Positions 1 through 20,520 of a DNA stretch of 64,000 bases are shown one piece after another. The DNA is from Pristiophorus japonicus (lineage: Eukaryota), in contig NC_091980.1 of assembly GCF_044704955.1 (NCBI RefSeq), forward strand, positions 130,696,001 to 130,760,000. Direction: 5' to 3'. The notes under the pieces are model-generated. The model searched no databases and had not been told where the DNA came from. It was given only the letters and a program-made list of their open reading frames with translations. Position 1 is the first letter of the stretch; each line of letters begins with the position of its first letter. A program made the position numbers and the translations under genes.

Positions 1-129
1 ACAAATATCCAATGAGTTGTTTGGATGTTGCTTCAAACCCGCAGATACCTGCAAATGACCAACCTACTGAACAATCCAGAACTCTTAAAAAGACACTGAA
101 TCGCAAACAACAGAGGATTCAATGAACCT

Positions 130-430
130 TTCAAGGTGGCCATTAACTGGTCCAGGCAGAGCACGGTCGATAGGGTGTTCTCTCTGTCTGCCTGCCTTTG
201 TTCAGCGGCTATATCCGTGCCCGGGTATCCCTGGATTGGGAGCACGTGGTGTCTGCCGGTATGCTTGAGGCTTTCCGTCATCGGAGGGCACCAGAGAGAG
301 GGGAGCGCAGCGTGGATACAAGGAAATATTGTAAATTTTTAAAGTTTTTATGTTAGTTTTGTCATAATGTGGATCTGACAGTTTATTCCCCCTTATAAAG
401 GGAGCACTTATGGTTTAAGTGTTTCCGATA
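130..430 (+). mobile_element. Older Tx1-like 3' fragment upstream of type A promoters (also about 23900-24200 and 52158-52460)
   Basis: One frame reads GYIRARVSLDWEHVVSAGMLEAFRHR, similar to the Tx1-like C-terminus at 20747. Confidence 0.62.
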
Positions 431-540
431 GCTGAATTAAAATGCCCAAAGAATAGAGAATCCAATTAAACCTGTGACTCTGGATATTTGAACTGTGTTT
501 GAGGAAAGTTCGGACAATTGAGATCCTCATTGAGATGTCA

Positions 541-705
541 GCCAATGATGCTCATTCTTCAAAGATGTGATTGGCTCTGGGAGTCCATCTCCCTCCTCCC
601 TTTACTTGATTGGTGCTCTGAGAAGATGCAACTTCTGATTGGGTATTGATGACTGTCACTCATCATCAAGAGTGCCACACCCAGGATTATCCCTCAGTAT
701 AAATA
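541..705 (+). promoter_or_regulatory. Type A ferritin promoter: CCAAT boxes plus TATA
   Basis: CCAAT 542-546, ATTGG at 570, 609 and 638, TATAAATA 698-705, about 80 nt before the ATG. Homologous blocks at about 24310-24475, 52580-52746 and (type C) 32550-32720. Confidence 0.75.
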
Positions 706-780
706 TTGGAGTTTGATATTAGTGAAATGTTATCTTTGTACTTCTAAAAAGTTTTTACTTTGGAAAAATAAAATATTAAG

Positions 781-8923
<8,143 letters not shown>

Positions 8924-9038
8924 AGCTTCTGATCAGTACTCTTGTTTATACAATATGTGTGAGACTCTGTCCTACATAGAATGATGGCTTTGTACAGGCT
9001 GAGACCTGGGCTCTTGATGTGAAATGTAATCAACTGTA

Positions 9039-9044
9039 AATAAA
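9039..9044 (+). terminator. Polyadenylation signal of ferritin copy 1
   Basis: AATAAA about 115 nt after the stop, in the context GTAAATAAACTG shared with copies 2 and 3. Confidence 0.75.
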
Positions 9045-9499
9045 CTGTTCAATATTGGACTGGGTTTTGTCTCCTTGCAATTAGTGGTTGCTTATTTTCC
9101 ATTTACCGTAACTTGTTTGCAGCACAAGTATTGCACTAGACTATGCAACAATCATACATTGGCCTCCTGTGCTGTAACCACTCAGCTGGCTCTCCAAGAA
9201 CACTTCAGCTAGTCCTACTCCCTTGCATTTTCCCTGTAGCCCTGCAATGTTTTTCCTTCATGTACTTGTTCAATCCTATGATTGAAACTGCTTTCACCAC
9301 CCTCTCGGGCAGTGCAATCCAGATATTAACCACTCACTGCATAAAAGTTTATCCTCATGTCAGCTGTGTTACTTCTGCCAATTGTCTGAAATTTGTGTCT
9401 GCAGGTTCTCATCCCTTCTGCCAGTGTGAACAGTCCTATAATTTTGCTCTTTGCTGGGATAATTTCAATATATTGACATTTTATATTCACAAACATAAA

Positions 9500-11400
9500 T
9501 AGGAGCAGTTGTCGCCCATTTGCTCCTTGAATGGCGGTGCAGGCTTTAAATATGATCATAACTGATCCTTTACCACCACCATGTTTATGCTTTTACCCCG
9601 TAGCCCTTGACTCCTTTTTTTGAATCAAGATATCTCATCTCATCTTGTTAAATATATTCAGCAATTGGGCTCCACTGCCTTCTGTAGTCAACAGTTCCCC
9701 CAGCTTCCCTATCCTGACTGAAAATATTTCTCATCTCAGTGCGAAATTTCCTACTTCCTCCCCACATCCAATCTCTCCAAACCAGTCCAAATTTTATGAT
9801 TCAATAAGATCCTCTTTCACTCTTGTGAATACAGGCCTGGTCAAGCCATTCTCTCTTTATATGACAATCTTTCCATCCAAGGAATCAGTCTGGTGGAACT
9901 TCGCTGTACTCTTTCTTGGTTAAGGAGACCCAAAACTGTGCACAATACACCAGGTGTCATTTCACCAAGGCAGTATATGATTGTAAGACATCCTTGCTCC
10001 TGTACTGTGGAAAAATTGTAAATATTACATTTGGTTTCCTCCTCCAAATCTATTAATATATATGACTAGCTGGGGCCCAAGCACTGATCCCTGTGGTATC
10101 CCACTCGTCACTACCCACCACCCAGGCAAAGACCTGTTTAGTCCGACTCGGTTTTCTATCAATTAACCAATTTTCAATCCATGGCAGTATATTACACCCA
10201 ATCCTATGTGCTTTAATTTTGCGCACTAACCTCTTGTGGGACTTTATCAAAGGCCTTCTGAAAATCCAAATACATTACATCCACTGGTTCTCCCTTATTT
10301 AATCTCCGTTACATCCTCAAAAAAATCTCCAGTAGGTTTGTCAAACACTATGTTCTTTTCATAAATCCATATTGACTTTGTCTAATCCTGTTGATTTTTT
10401 CTAAGTGTCCCTTTATCACATTTTACTAATGTTAGGCGAACCAGGCTGCAGTTACCTGTTCTTTCTCCTTCTTTTTTAAAATAGTGGGGTTACATTTGCC
10501 ACCCTCCATTCTGCAGCAACTGTTCCATAATCTGTAGAAATTTGGAAGGTTGATAACCAATGCATCCACTATATCCATGGCTACCACTTTTATTCCTCTG
10601 GGATGCAGATTATCAGGCCCTGGGGATTTATCAGCTTTCAGTCCCATTAGTTTCTCCAGCACTATTTTCTGGCTAATAATCATTCCCTTTAATTTCTCTT
10701 GCTCACTGGACCCTTAGTTCCCTAGCATTTCTGGGATGTTATTTGTGTCCTCTTCTGTGAAGACAGAACCAAAGTATTTAATTGTTCTGCCATTTCCTTG
10801 TTCCCCATTATAAATTATCCCATTTGTTACTGTAAAGGACCTACATTTGTCTTCATTAATCTTTTCCTTTTTACATACTGAGAGAAACTTTTACAGTCGG
10901 TTTTTATGATCCTTGCAAATTTAGTCTCATACCCTATTTTCCCCCTCTTAAACAATCTCTTGGTCCTTTTTTGCTGAATACTAAACTGCTCCCAATCCTT
11001 AGGATTGCTACTTGTTCTGGCAACTTTGTATGACTCCTCTTTGGATCTAATATTATGCTTATTTCTTGTGCAAACCATGGTTGGGCCACTTTTCCTTTTG
11101 TGTTTTTGCAGCAGAAAGGAATGTATAATTGTTGCAATTCATGCATTTGTTCCTTAAATGTTAGCCATTGACTATACACCATCATGCCTTTTAATGACTC
11201 TTACCAATCTATCATCGCCATTCCTCATACCTTTGTAGTTTGCTCTGTTTAGATTTAGGACCTAGTTTTGGATTGGACAACTTCACTTTCAATCTTCATG
11301 AAGAATTCAATCATGTTATCATTCTTCCCTTAAGGACCCCGCACAAAAAGACTATTAATTAACCCCTTCTCATTGTACAATACCCAATCTACGATAGCTA
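9500..11400 (-). mobile_element. CR1-clade LINE, decayed (also about 29420-31360)
   Basis: Minus ORFs with LKADKSPGPDNLHPRVLK, KSFSQYVKRKR and HKRLVRKIKAH motifs. Confidence 0.88.
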
Positions 11401-11439
11401 TTCAGACATGTTGAAGCCCTAATTTCAATTGTACGTATA

Positions 11440-11639
11440 TGTAACATCTCAAAAATCTGGTTACTGTAAACTCACTCAGGTGCAACCTCATCCATCTTTA
11501 TTCCAGCCCAAGAGTGTCAGTGTGACAAAGACACCCAGCTTATATACAGGTGATCAAGCACACATGCCACGTGTGTACAGCCCGATGATCTCCGACCGCG
11601 GCGCCCTCTGGAGTCTTGTGACTCCCAAGCATTAATACA
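11440..11639 (-). mobile_element. Probable solo LTR (also about 31400-31610)
   Basis: About 200 bp, TG...CA ends, minus-strand TATA and AATAAA, CCCTCTGG motif shared with the other short LTRs. No clear TSD. Confidence 0.5.
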
Positions 11640-11967
11640 TCAGAATATATCTTGCAAATTATATTCATGCATTTCAATCTAGCGTTGCAATGCTGTAATA
11701 TAACAAGTGAAAATGTTCACGTTTGTTCAGCCACATAAGGCAGTGGGACCACAGATACATTTTAGTGTCTTAACGGAGGCAGAGAGGTTTACATAATAAC
11801 ATTCGTGTGCCATTTGGCACCTCGAGCCTGTTCTGCCATTCAGTAAAATCATGACTGGTCTGATCTTGGTCTCAACACTTTCCTGCCTGTTCCCCATAAC
11901 CCTTGACTCCCTTAATGTTCAAAAATCTATCTATCTCCACCTTAAATGTATTCAATGATCCTGCCTA

Positions 11968-12180
11968 CACACACACACACACACAGACAGACAGGACTGC
12001 GTGAGTGCCGCACTGTCAGAGGGGCAGTACTGAGGGAGCACCGCACTGTTGGAGGGGCATTACTGAGGGAGCGCCGCACTGTCAGAGGGGCAATACTCAC
12101 AGGATTTTGCACTGTCGGAGCGACAGCACTAAGGGATTGCCACACTGTCTGAAGGGCAGTACTGAGGCATTGTTGCACAG
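11968..12180 (+). repeat. (CA)n microsatellite followed by about 33-bp tandem repeats of a shark-type SINE (also about 31938-32400)
   Basis: Repeated unit CACTGTCAGAGGGGCAGTACTGAGGGAGYGCCG. In unit 2 it runs on into a SINE body (CTTTCAGATGAGA...GGTGGACGTAAAA). Confidence 0.75.
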
Positions 12181-12429
12181 ACTCATGTTTGATTCAGGTG
12201 GGTCAACTGTGCTCATTGGTGGCATCTCCCCTGAAAGGGTAGCGCTTGTGGTGTGATTGGTGGCTCCAGATCTGTATCACTGCCGCACTCTCTGCCCCAT
12301 CTAAAGCAGAGTTTTAATCCAAGGGAACACGTCTCATCAGCTCATCCAGGACTGAACCACTTCTGCACTGAAACCAGACGTCACGGCTTTGGATCTCCGA
12401 GATACACCAGCATGAAAGGTCAATGACCA

Positions 12430-13265
12430 GAGGGGAGAGATGAGGACAATTATTTTAACGCAGCGAGTTGTTGTGATCCGGAACGCGCTGCCTGAAAGGG
12501 CGGTGGAATCAGATTCAACAGTAACTTTGAAGAGGGAATTGCATATACACTTGACAAAAGTTGCAGGGCTATGGGGAAGGAGCTGAGGAGTGGGACTAAT
12601 TGGATCGCTCTTACAAAGTGCCTGCACAGGCACGATGGGCCGAATGGCCTCTTTCTGTGCTGATAGAATCTATGATGAGCCAGACAGTTAGAGCATATCT
12701 GAGCCTCATCATTTCAATCAGATTTAAATATTCATCATTTCAATCAGATTTAAATATTCATCATTTCGATCAGATTGAAATATTCTTTCGCCTCACTGAA
12801 AGCCGACTGTAAAAGGACACGTCTAACACATCAAATTGAGGGGCAGGAATAGACCAGCTGGTCCATCAAGCCTGCCCCAAAACACGCCGGAGCAAATCAT
12901 AGAATCATAGAATGGTTGCAGCACAGAGGGAGGCCATTCGGCCCGTCGAGCCTGTGCCAGCTCTCTGCAAGAGCACTTCAGCTAGTCCCAGTCCCACGCC
13001 CTTCCCCCACAACCCTGCTATTAATTTTACCTTCAGGTACTTATCCAATTTCCTTTTGAAAACCACGATTGAATCTACCCCCACCACCCTCTCAGGCATT
13101 GCATTCCAGATCCCAACCACTCGCTGTGTAAACATGTCGCCTTTGTTCTTTTGCCAGTCACTTTAAATCTGTGTCCTCTGGTTCTCGACCCTTCTGCCAA
13201 TGGGAACAGTTCCTGTCTATCGACTCTGTCCAGACACCTCATGATTTTGAATCCCTCTATCAAAT
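12430..13265. mobile_element. Two opposed CR1 3'-end fragments (12430-12670 plus, 12900-13265 minus); homologs at about 40993-41775
   Basis: FTQRVVGIWNAMPERVV...FKRKLDKYL peptide and ATAGAATC tail repeats. Confidence 0.75.
12708..12785 (+). repeat. 26-bp tandem repeat x3, unit 1 only
   Basis: ATCATTTCAATCAGATTTAAATATTC repeated three times; single copy at 41271-41296. Confidence 0.8.
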
Positions 13266-13730
13266 GGAGATGTGGGTGACAATGTGTTCAGTAATGTTCA
13301 CTCCCTCTCATTCTCACTCAATATATTGAATTTTACCAGGCATCATTCCATGAGAATGAAAATGACAGATCGTTGATGCCCCCATGTAGCCAATCCTCAG
13401 ACACATGCCAATTCTCTATATTCGAACTGGGGGCAGTTCACACCCACAGGAATGAAATTCCATTCCGCTGGCCAATGCTTGGTTTGTAAATGCACCAAGA
13501 AGACTTGATTGCTTTGAATATTGTCTCAGTGCCACAGAAACTTGCAATTAACAAACTTCGCCAGATTATGAAAAACCCCTTTGGCGAAAGTAGAAAATTA
13601 TCATTTCATTCAAGTGAGAGCGTGAAACAACGGCACACTTTCAGATTTGAAGACGTTCAAGGAACCCAAAGGCAGTGACATCACCAAGACTGATCTCCCC
13701 CAGCACCCTCCCCCAAACCCCCTCTCCTCT

Positions 13731-13842
13731 GTTAATTGGTGCCTCAATTCAGGGAAGATTCCTGATTGGCTCTGAGGGATTTTCAATCATCATTGGTGAT
13801 GTCATACCCTATTTGAATGCAGCTGTTCCAATAGTATAAATA
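13731..13842 (+). promoter_or_regulatory. Type B ferritin promoter: CCAAT/Y-box array, CRE-like site, TATA
   Basis: ATTGG at 13735, 13765 (CTGATTGGCT) and 13792; TGATGTCA 13797-13804; CCAAT 13828; TATAAATA 13835-13842. Homolog at about 42250-42360 has a degraded TATA. Confidence 0.72.
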
Positions 13843-13911
13843 CAGGAGCTTGTGCAAGACACTGTGAGTTCCAGAACTGTGCAGAGGATAGTGAGATATA
13901 AGATAGTGAAG

Positions 13912-16464
13912 ATGGCCTCCCAAGTATGTCAGAACTACCACAAGGACTGTGAGGCTGCTGTCAACAAGCAGATCAACATGGAGCTCTGTTCCTCCTATGT
14001 TTATCTCTCCATGGTGAGTTGTGTATTCCTTGTTGCTGCATTCTGAAAAGTTGTTAATTCTCCAGTTCAATGAATTGGCTTTAAGTTGTATTTCTCTGGC
14101 CTTACTTTGCTGGGGGAGCAGAGTCTTTGGGCAGTGAGAACTTCAGGTGTGTAATATAGGGGATCTTGTTGAGTTCATGGACTGCTCTCTACAGCAGCTG
14201 CCCTCTATTGAGGTTTAATATTGGAAACCAGCTCAGTTGCTGCCTGAGTGTGTGACAGAAGAGCACAAACCTGGTCAGTGCCCTCTTGGCCTGAAACAAT
14301 GTTCAATTTCAGTGGGGACTGCAGTGAGTGAAATGTGGGTAGGCTCTCACTAGTGCTCTCATTAATTGGAGGTGATGTACTGAGAATCCTGCTGTTGGAG
14401 CCCTGCTCACTGCTGAGATCTTTATGGCACTATTGCTGTGTAAACTACTGGAGTGGAGGATTTTTCTCACTCCATGCCCAAACTTTGATTAGAATGGAAT
14501 AAGAATCATTTCTATAATGCCTTTCACTACCTTGGAATATCCAAAGTGCTTTTGTAGCCAATGAAGGAGTTAAGTGTAGTTACCTGTTATGTGGGAAATA
14601 CAGCAGCCAATTAGTGCACTGGATGCTCCCACAAACTGCAATGAGATAATGATCAGATCATCTGTTTTAGTGGTGTTGGTTGAGGGATAAATATTAGCCA
14701 GGACACTGCAGTTAGCTCCTGCAGTAGTATCTAGAACATGGAGAAGGCTTGAGGGACCAATGGCTCATTCACTAAGATCATTGCTAATCTTGTACCTCAA
14801 CTCCACCTCCTGCACTGTCCCCATATCCTTTACTATCCAAAAATCTATTGCTCTTGAATATACTCTGACTGGAATTCTCTACCCCAGGAGTTGTGGAGGC
14901 TCAGTCATCACATTGAGTGAAGAAATTCCTCCTCATCTTAGTCCTCAATGACCCCTGGTTCTAGACTCTTCAGCGGGAACCATCCTCCCTGCATCCAATC
15001 CTTCAAGCCCTGTAAGAATTGTGTACATTCCTAATGACATCACCTCTCATCCTTTGAACCTCTAGAATAGAGGCTCAGTCTGCTCAATCTCTCCTTGATC
15101 TTTCACATCCACCTGATGACTGACACACTCTTGTGTGAATGACAGAAAGTAGAGGAGGTATTGCTTATCCAGGAGTAGAATTTAGTTTGACTGGACATAA
15201 AACTAAAGTTCAGGATTATATTTCATGTTCAACCAGCAAAGCAAAAACTTTCATCATGCTATGGGGAGGTGAGGCTCAACTCCAATTGATGAAGTCAATG
15301 GCATTTTGCTAGTTTACAAATGGTGTCTATCTTTTAAGAATTCATTCACTTGGATGAAAAATAACACTTGCATTGTATATGAAGATCAAGGTCGAAATAG
15401 GCTGTCTTAATTTCTCTGCAGTCCTTCTACTTTGACCGGGATGATGTTGCCCTGTGTCACTTTGCTGAGTTCTTCAAGGAGCAGTCACATGAGGAACGTG
15501 AGCATGCTGAGAAACTGATGCAATTCCAGAATCACCGTGGAGGACTGATCATCTTGTCTGACATCAAGGTTTGGTTCAATTATCTAGTGGCTGTCTGTCT
15601 GGATACCCTTAGACCTGATTGTTTCAAATATCTCCTAAAGCAATTGATTCCATGGTTGTGGTAGTGGAATTCAGTAATTCTATATTCCTGTGACATTATT
15701 TATGGTAAAATGGAATTCTGGTTGCTTTTTAATCCTATTTTCCTTTGTTCTGTCTTTTGTATTTTGTTTGTTCCATTGTAAGTGAACTCTGATTTTCCTC
15801 TTCAGAAACCAGAGCAGGATGAGTGGAGCAATGGTCTGGATGCATTGCAGAGAGCTCTGCAGATGGAGAAGAATGTGAACCAGAGTCTGCTGGATCTGCA
15901 CAAAACCTCCACTGGGAGCACTGACCCTCATGTAAGTTCCTCATGTGGGTTTCTGGGCAACTTGGAGGTGGTGGAACATTGCTATCCTTGAGCTGTTTCA
16001 AAAGTGCTCCATGCCCAATAGCTTTGTTTTTTTTTTTGGGGGGGGGTCTCTCTGGTTCTTCAGGGGGTGGGGGAGAGGACCATGAAGTTGGCCTACTGTG
16101 GACATTGAGAAATAAATGGGTCCCAATGTTTCTAGGATCTAAGCTCACATTGTACAGTAGCTACTGCATCATTAGAGCAAATGTACATCAATTTCAATTG
16201 CCCTACCTGATCCTTCACTCCTAGAGAATTAAAATCCTAACTTGGGGGGGATGCTCTGATCCTTGATATCTGCGACTGGCCATAACTTATTTCCCTCTTC
16301 TCTTTCAGATGTGTGACTTCCTGGAGACCCACTACTTGGATGAACAAGTGAAGATGATCAAGAAGCTTGGAGATCACATCACCAACCTGAAGAGACTGGG
16401 AGCCCCTGAGAATGGCATGGGAGTGTACTTGTTTGACAAGCACACCCTAGGGGAGAGTGAATAA
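13912..16464 (+). CDS. fth1-like: Ferritin heavy/middle-chain-like gene, copy 2 (type B), intact, 176 aa, 4 exons
   Basis: Exons 13912-14013, 15422-15568, 15806-15931, 16309-16464, GT-AG introns, open frame to TAA. Ferroxidase residues intact. TATAAATA at 13835 and AATAAA at 16582. 15 amino-acid differences from copy 1 by hand count. Confidence 0.95.
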
Positions 16465-16581
16465 ACTGACTGGGCTCAAGCTTATTGTGTTTTGTACTTG
16501 TATTTATATAATCAGGCCCCTATCCTGTAGGGAATGAAGGCTTGTGACTTTGTACAAAAAGAGCTGAAACCCATAACAGTA

Positions 16582-16587
16582 AATAAA
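16582..16587 (+). terminator. Polyadenylation signal of ferritin copy 2
   Basis: AATAAA about 117 nt after the stop, same context as copy 1. Confidence 0.75.
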
Positions 16588-18229
16588 CTGTTCAACATTG
16601 GGCTGTGTTTTGTCACCTTGGAAGTTTAAGTGGTTACTTATTTTTCATTTAACATAACTTTATTTCCATCAAACAAGAATTACACTGAGCTGTGCAACAT
16701 TTATATGTGATTCAGTCCTATGAAATGTGTTTTCCCCTTGTGTAATGTCTATGTATTGACTGGGCCATTCAGGCACCTGTTATAAGATCTAAAATGTTCA
16801 ATGGTGTGTTTAGACAACTGGCAGCCCTATGGGATATTGGCCCAGTGACAAAGTCTGGTCAGAGGTATGTAGTGAGGAGGTACAGAGATGTTTTGGAAGG
16901 TATCTCGAGAGCTTGGGACTGATAAGCTGTATACAATTACCTGTTCCAATTATCTATCTTTGTACAAATGACAATTCAATCCAACAAGATGTAACATCTG
17001 CTAAACTCAGGGCCAATTTGCCAGTAATTCATTGTTGCACCATTTCAGTCCAATGAAGAAAAAGTCCTGGATTCGCTTCCTATTTAGTCTATCTGCCCTG
17101 TGAATGAACAGCAGTTTGTATTCAATAGCTGCAACAGATCCATTTCAGTTATCCAGCTAGTTCAGTAAAGGGACTCATCAATGCTGCTATAGGCTTGCTG
17201 TTAAGCTTTGTAGACAGAAAAGCAATATCTCAGCACATTGAACTCTGGGCACTACAATTGGGTGAGGAGAGAAAGCAACAGCTGTCATAACTTCAGTGCT
17301 TAGTGTGGATACTCTAGTGGTTCTGGAACAGCTTCTCCTCTGCCTGCTCCTATCATGGTTGAATAACTTACCAACACAACCTCCATTCACATGAATAAGG
17401 AATTGGGTAAGGTATCGCAAGACTAACGATACTCTAACAACATTTAATAGTTGGTGAAGGAGTAAATATATTTAATTCCACAAAGCAAAAGGCACAAGAT
17501 GTCAAACCCATTTCTGGCCACAATACTCAATTATAAGCCTATCAATTTTTTTTGTTATTACCATTGTGAATTTCATTACTTTCACCCTTGATTAGATCTC
17601 CATTTCTCTCCTTCGTGGCGATGAATCGATACAAATGGTATTGCTGCAGTTCCAATAATCCAGTGTTTACAAGTTATTTTTAGTAATTTAGCTGAGAACT
17701 GTGTTGAGTGCAATTAAATTGCCGAGTACAGATATTCCACGTTAATGTCTTGGCAACATTCAAGCGCCTTTCGGATATCGATGTTACAAAATGTCATATA
17801 TTGATGAGCCACAGTTCCACGAGTCGGCCTGGGTTTGCGTGTTGAAGAATTTGATGGCTTCATGTATCAACAACTCTCCAGCTCACTCGATGTGAAACTT
17901 TACAGGTGCTCGTGTTTTAAGAATTTCTTACAATTTACAGCACAGGAAAAATATCATTTGGGCCAACTGGCCCATGCTGTGGTTTATGCTCCATATGAAA
18001 CCTGTCCCACCCCACTTCATCGAGACCTATTAGCATATCCTTCTATTCCTTTCTCCCTTGTGTTTATCGAGCTTTCCCTTAAATGCATCTGTGCTCTTTG
18101 CATTCAGAGTTATTACTGCGGGTAGCTCAGTAAATGCACCGCTGCTGCTGTGGATTTTCTGTTCAGCTGTGTGGGTAAAGAAGTGAGTAATAGCTATAGA
18201 GACCCGCAATGTTTGAGATCAAGGAAAGC

Positions 18230-20520
18230 ATTTATTGTCCGTCACTAATTGCCTTTGAGAAGGTGCTGGTCAGCCATCTTCTTGAACCGCTGCAGTCTTG
18301 TGGTGAAGGTACTCCAACAGTGCTTTTCGGGAGGGAGTTCCTGGATTTTGCTGCAGTGACGAAAAAGGAATGGTGATATATTTCCAAGTCAGGTTGGTGT
18401 GTAACGTGGAGGTGAACTTGCAGGCGATAGTATTCCCAAACTTCTGCTGCCCTTGTCCTTCTAATTGCTAGAGCTCGTGGGAAGGCTTGTGCTGCTGAAA
18501 AAGCCTTGGCGAGTTGCTGCAGTGCATCTTGTCGATGGTACACACTGCAGCCATGGTGCACCGATGGTGGAAGCAGTGAATGTGGAAGGTGGTGGATGGG
18601 ATGCCAATCAAGCTGCCTGTTTTGTCCTGGATGGTGTCGAGCTTCTTGATGATTGCTGAAGCTGCACTCAGCCAGTCAAGTGGAGAGTATTCCACCACAC
18701 ACCTGACCTGCGCCTTGTCGATGCTGGAAAGACTTTCGGGTGTCAGGAGGTGAGACACTCACTGCAAAATACCCAGCCTCTGGCCTGCTCTTATTACCAC
18801 AGTATTTATGCAGCCGGGCTAGTTCAGTTCCTGATCAGCGATCACCCCCCAGGGGTTAAAGCCGGGGAATTTAGTGGCAGTGAATGTTAAGGGCAGGTGG
18901 TTAGACTCTCGCTTTTTGCAGATAGCCATTGCCTGGCACTTGTGTGCTGCCATTTTTACTTGCCCATTATCAGCCCCACACTGAATGTCATCCAGGTCTT
19001 GCTGCATGTGGGCATGGACTGCTTCATTTTCTGATGTCTTGCAAATGGAACAGAACACTGTGTAATCATCAGCAAACATTCCCACTTCTGGCCTTTATGA
19101 TGGAGGGAAGTTCATTGATGAAGCAGCTTAAGATAGTTGGGCCAAGGACACTGCCCTGAGGTATTCCTGCAGCGATATCCTGGGACTGAGATGATTGACC
19201 TCCAACAACCACTTCCTTTGTGCTAGATATGAGTCCAGCTCATCGAGAGTTTTCTATATTCGCATTGACTTCAATTTTACAAGGGTTACTTGATGCTGCA
19301 CTCCATCAGATGCTGCCTTGCTGTGAAAGGCAGTCACTCTCACCTCAACTGGAATTCAGCTCCTTTGTACATGTTTGGACCAAGGCTGCAATGAGATCAA
19401 GAGCCGAGTGGTCCTGGCATAACCCAAATTGGGCATCGGTGAGCAGATTATTGGCGACAAAATCTTCCCTCACTTTGCTGATGATTGAGTGTAGACTGAT
19501 GGGGTGGTAATTGGCCTGAATGGATTTGTCCTGCTTTTTCTGGACAGGACGTACAAGGGCAATTTTTCACATTGTTGGGTAGATGCCAGTGTCTCTGTAC
19601 TGGAACATCTTGGCTGGAGGTGTGGCCATAAATTTACAGATTGTGGTGCAATACAATTCTGCAGTTGCTGATGACCCACAGTGCCTCATGGATGACCAGT
19701 TTTGAGCTGCTAGATCTGTTTTGGATCTATTCCATTTAACACTGTGGTCAAGCCAGTCACCACGAAGGAGGGTGTCCTCAGTGTGAAGACAAGACTTTGT
19801 CTCCACAAGAACTGTGTGGTGGTCACTGCTACCAATACTGTCATGGACAGATGAATCTGTGACAGGTAGATTGCTGAGGGCAAGATCAGTCGGTGTTTCC
19901 CTTGTGTTGATTTTCTCACCATCTGTCGGAAGCCCAATCTGGATGCTATGTCCTTCAGGACTCAGCCCGCTTGCTCAGTGCTACCGAGCCCCTCTTGGTG
20001 ATGGATATTGAAGCCTATTGCTAATATCAGTGCTTCTTTCAAGTGGCCTTCAACATGGTGGAGTACTGATTCATCAGCTGAGGGAGGGCGGTAGGTGGTA
20101 ATCAGCAGGAGGTTTCCATGTCCAAGCTTGACCTGATCCCATGAGACTTGATAAGGTCCAGAGTAAATGTTCAGGATTCCCGCTACTCCCTCCCGACTAT
20201 ATACCACTGAGCCGCCACTTCTGGTGTGTCTGCCCTTCTGGTGGGACAGGACATACGCAGGGATGGTGAAGGAGGATTCTGGGACATTGGCTGAAAGGTG
20301 TGATTCTGTGCTTATGACTATGTCGGGCTGTTGCTTGACTAACCTGTAGGACAGCTCTCCCCATTTAGGCACAAGATACCAGATGTTAGTGAGGAGGACT
20401 TTGCAGGGTCGACTGGACTGGGTGTACCATTGTCATGTCAGAAGCCGGTGCCAAGATCAGTGCCGGGTTGTCCATCCTGTTTTATTCTAATTATTGTTTC
20501 TCGTAGCGGTTTGTTATAAC
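18230..20520 (-). mobile_element. CR1/L2-group LINE with APE endonuclease and RT fragments (also about 46810-49080)
   Basis: Minus ORFs: KWGELSYRLVKQQPDIVISTES and YRPPS (endonuclease), GMFADDYTVF (RT), KAQVRCVVEYSP (C-terminal). Confidence 0.87.

Noticed and set aside
11996-12180. Regular 33-bp repeats resembling a CRISPR array
   Set aside because: Head-to-tail repeats without unique spacers, eukaryotic context, no cas genes; part of a SINE.
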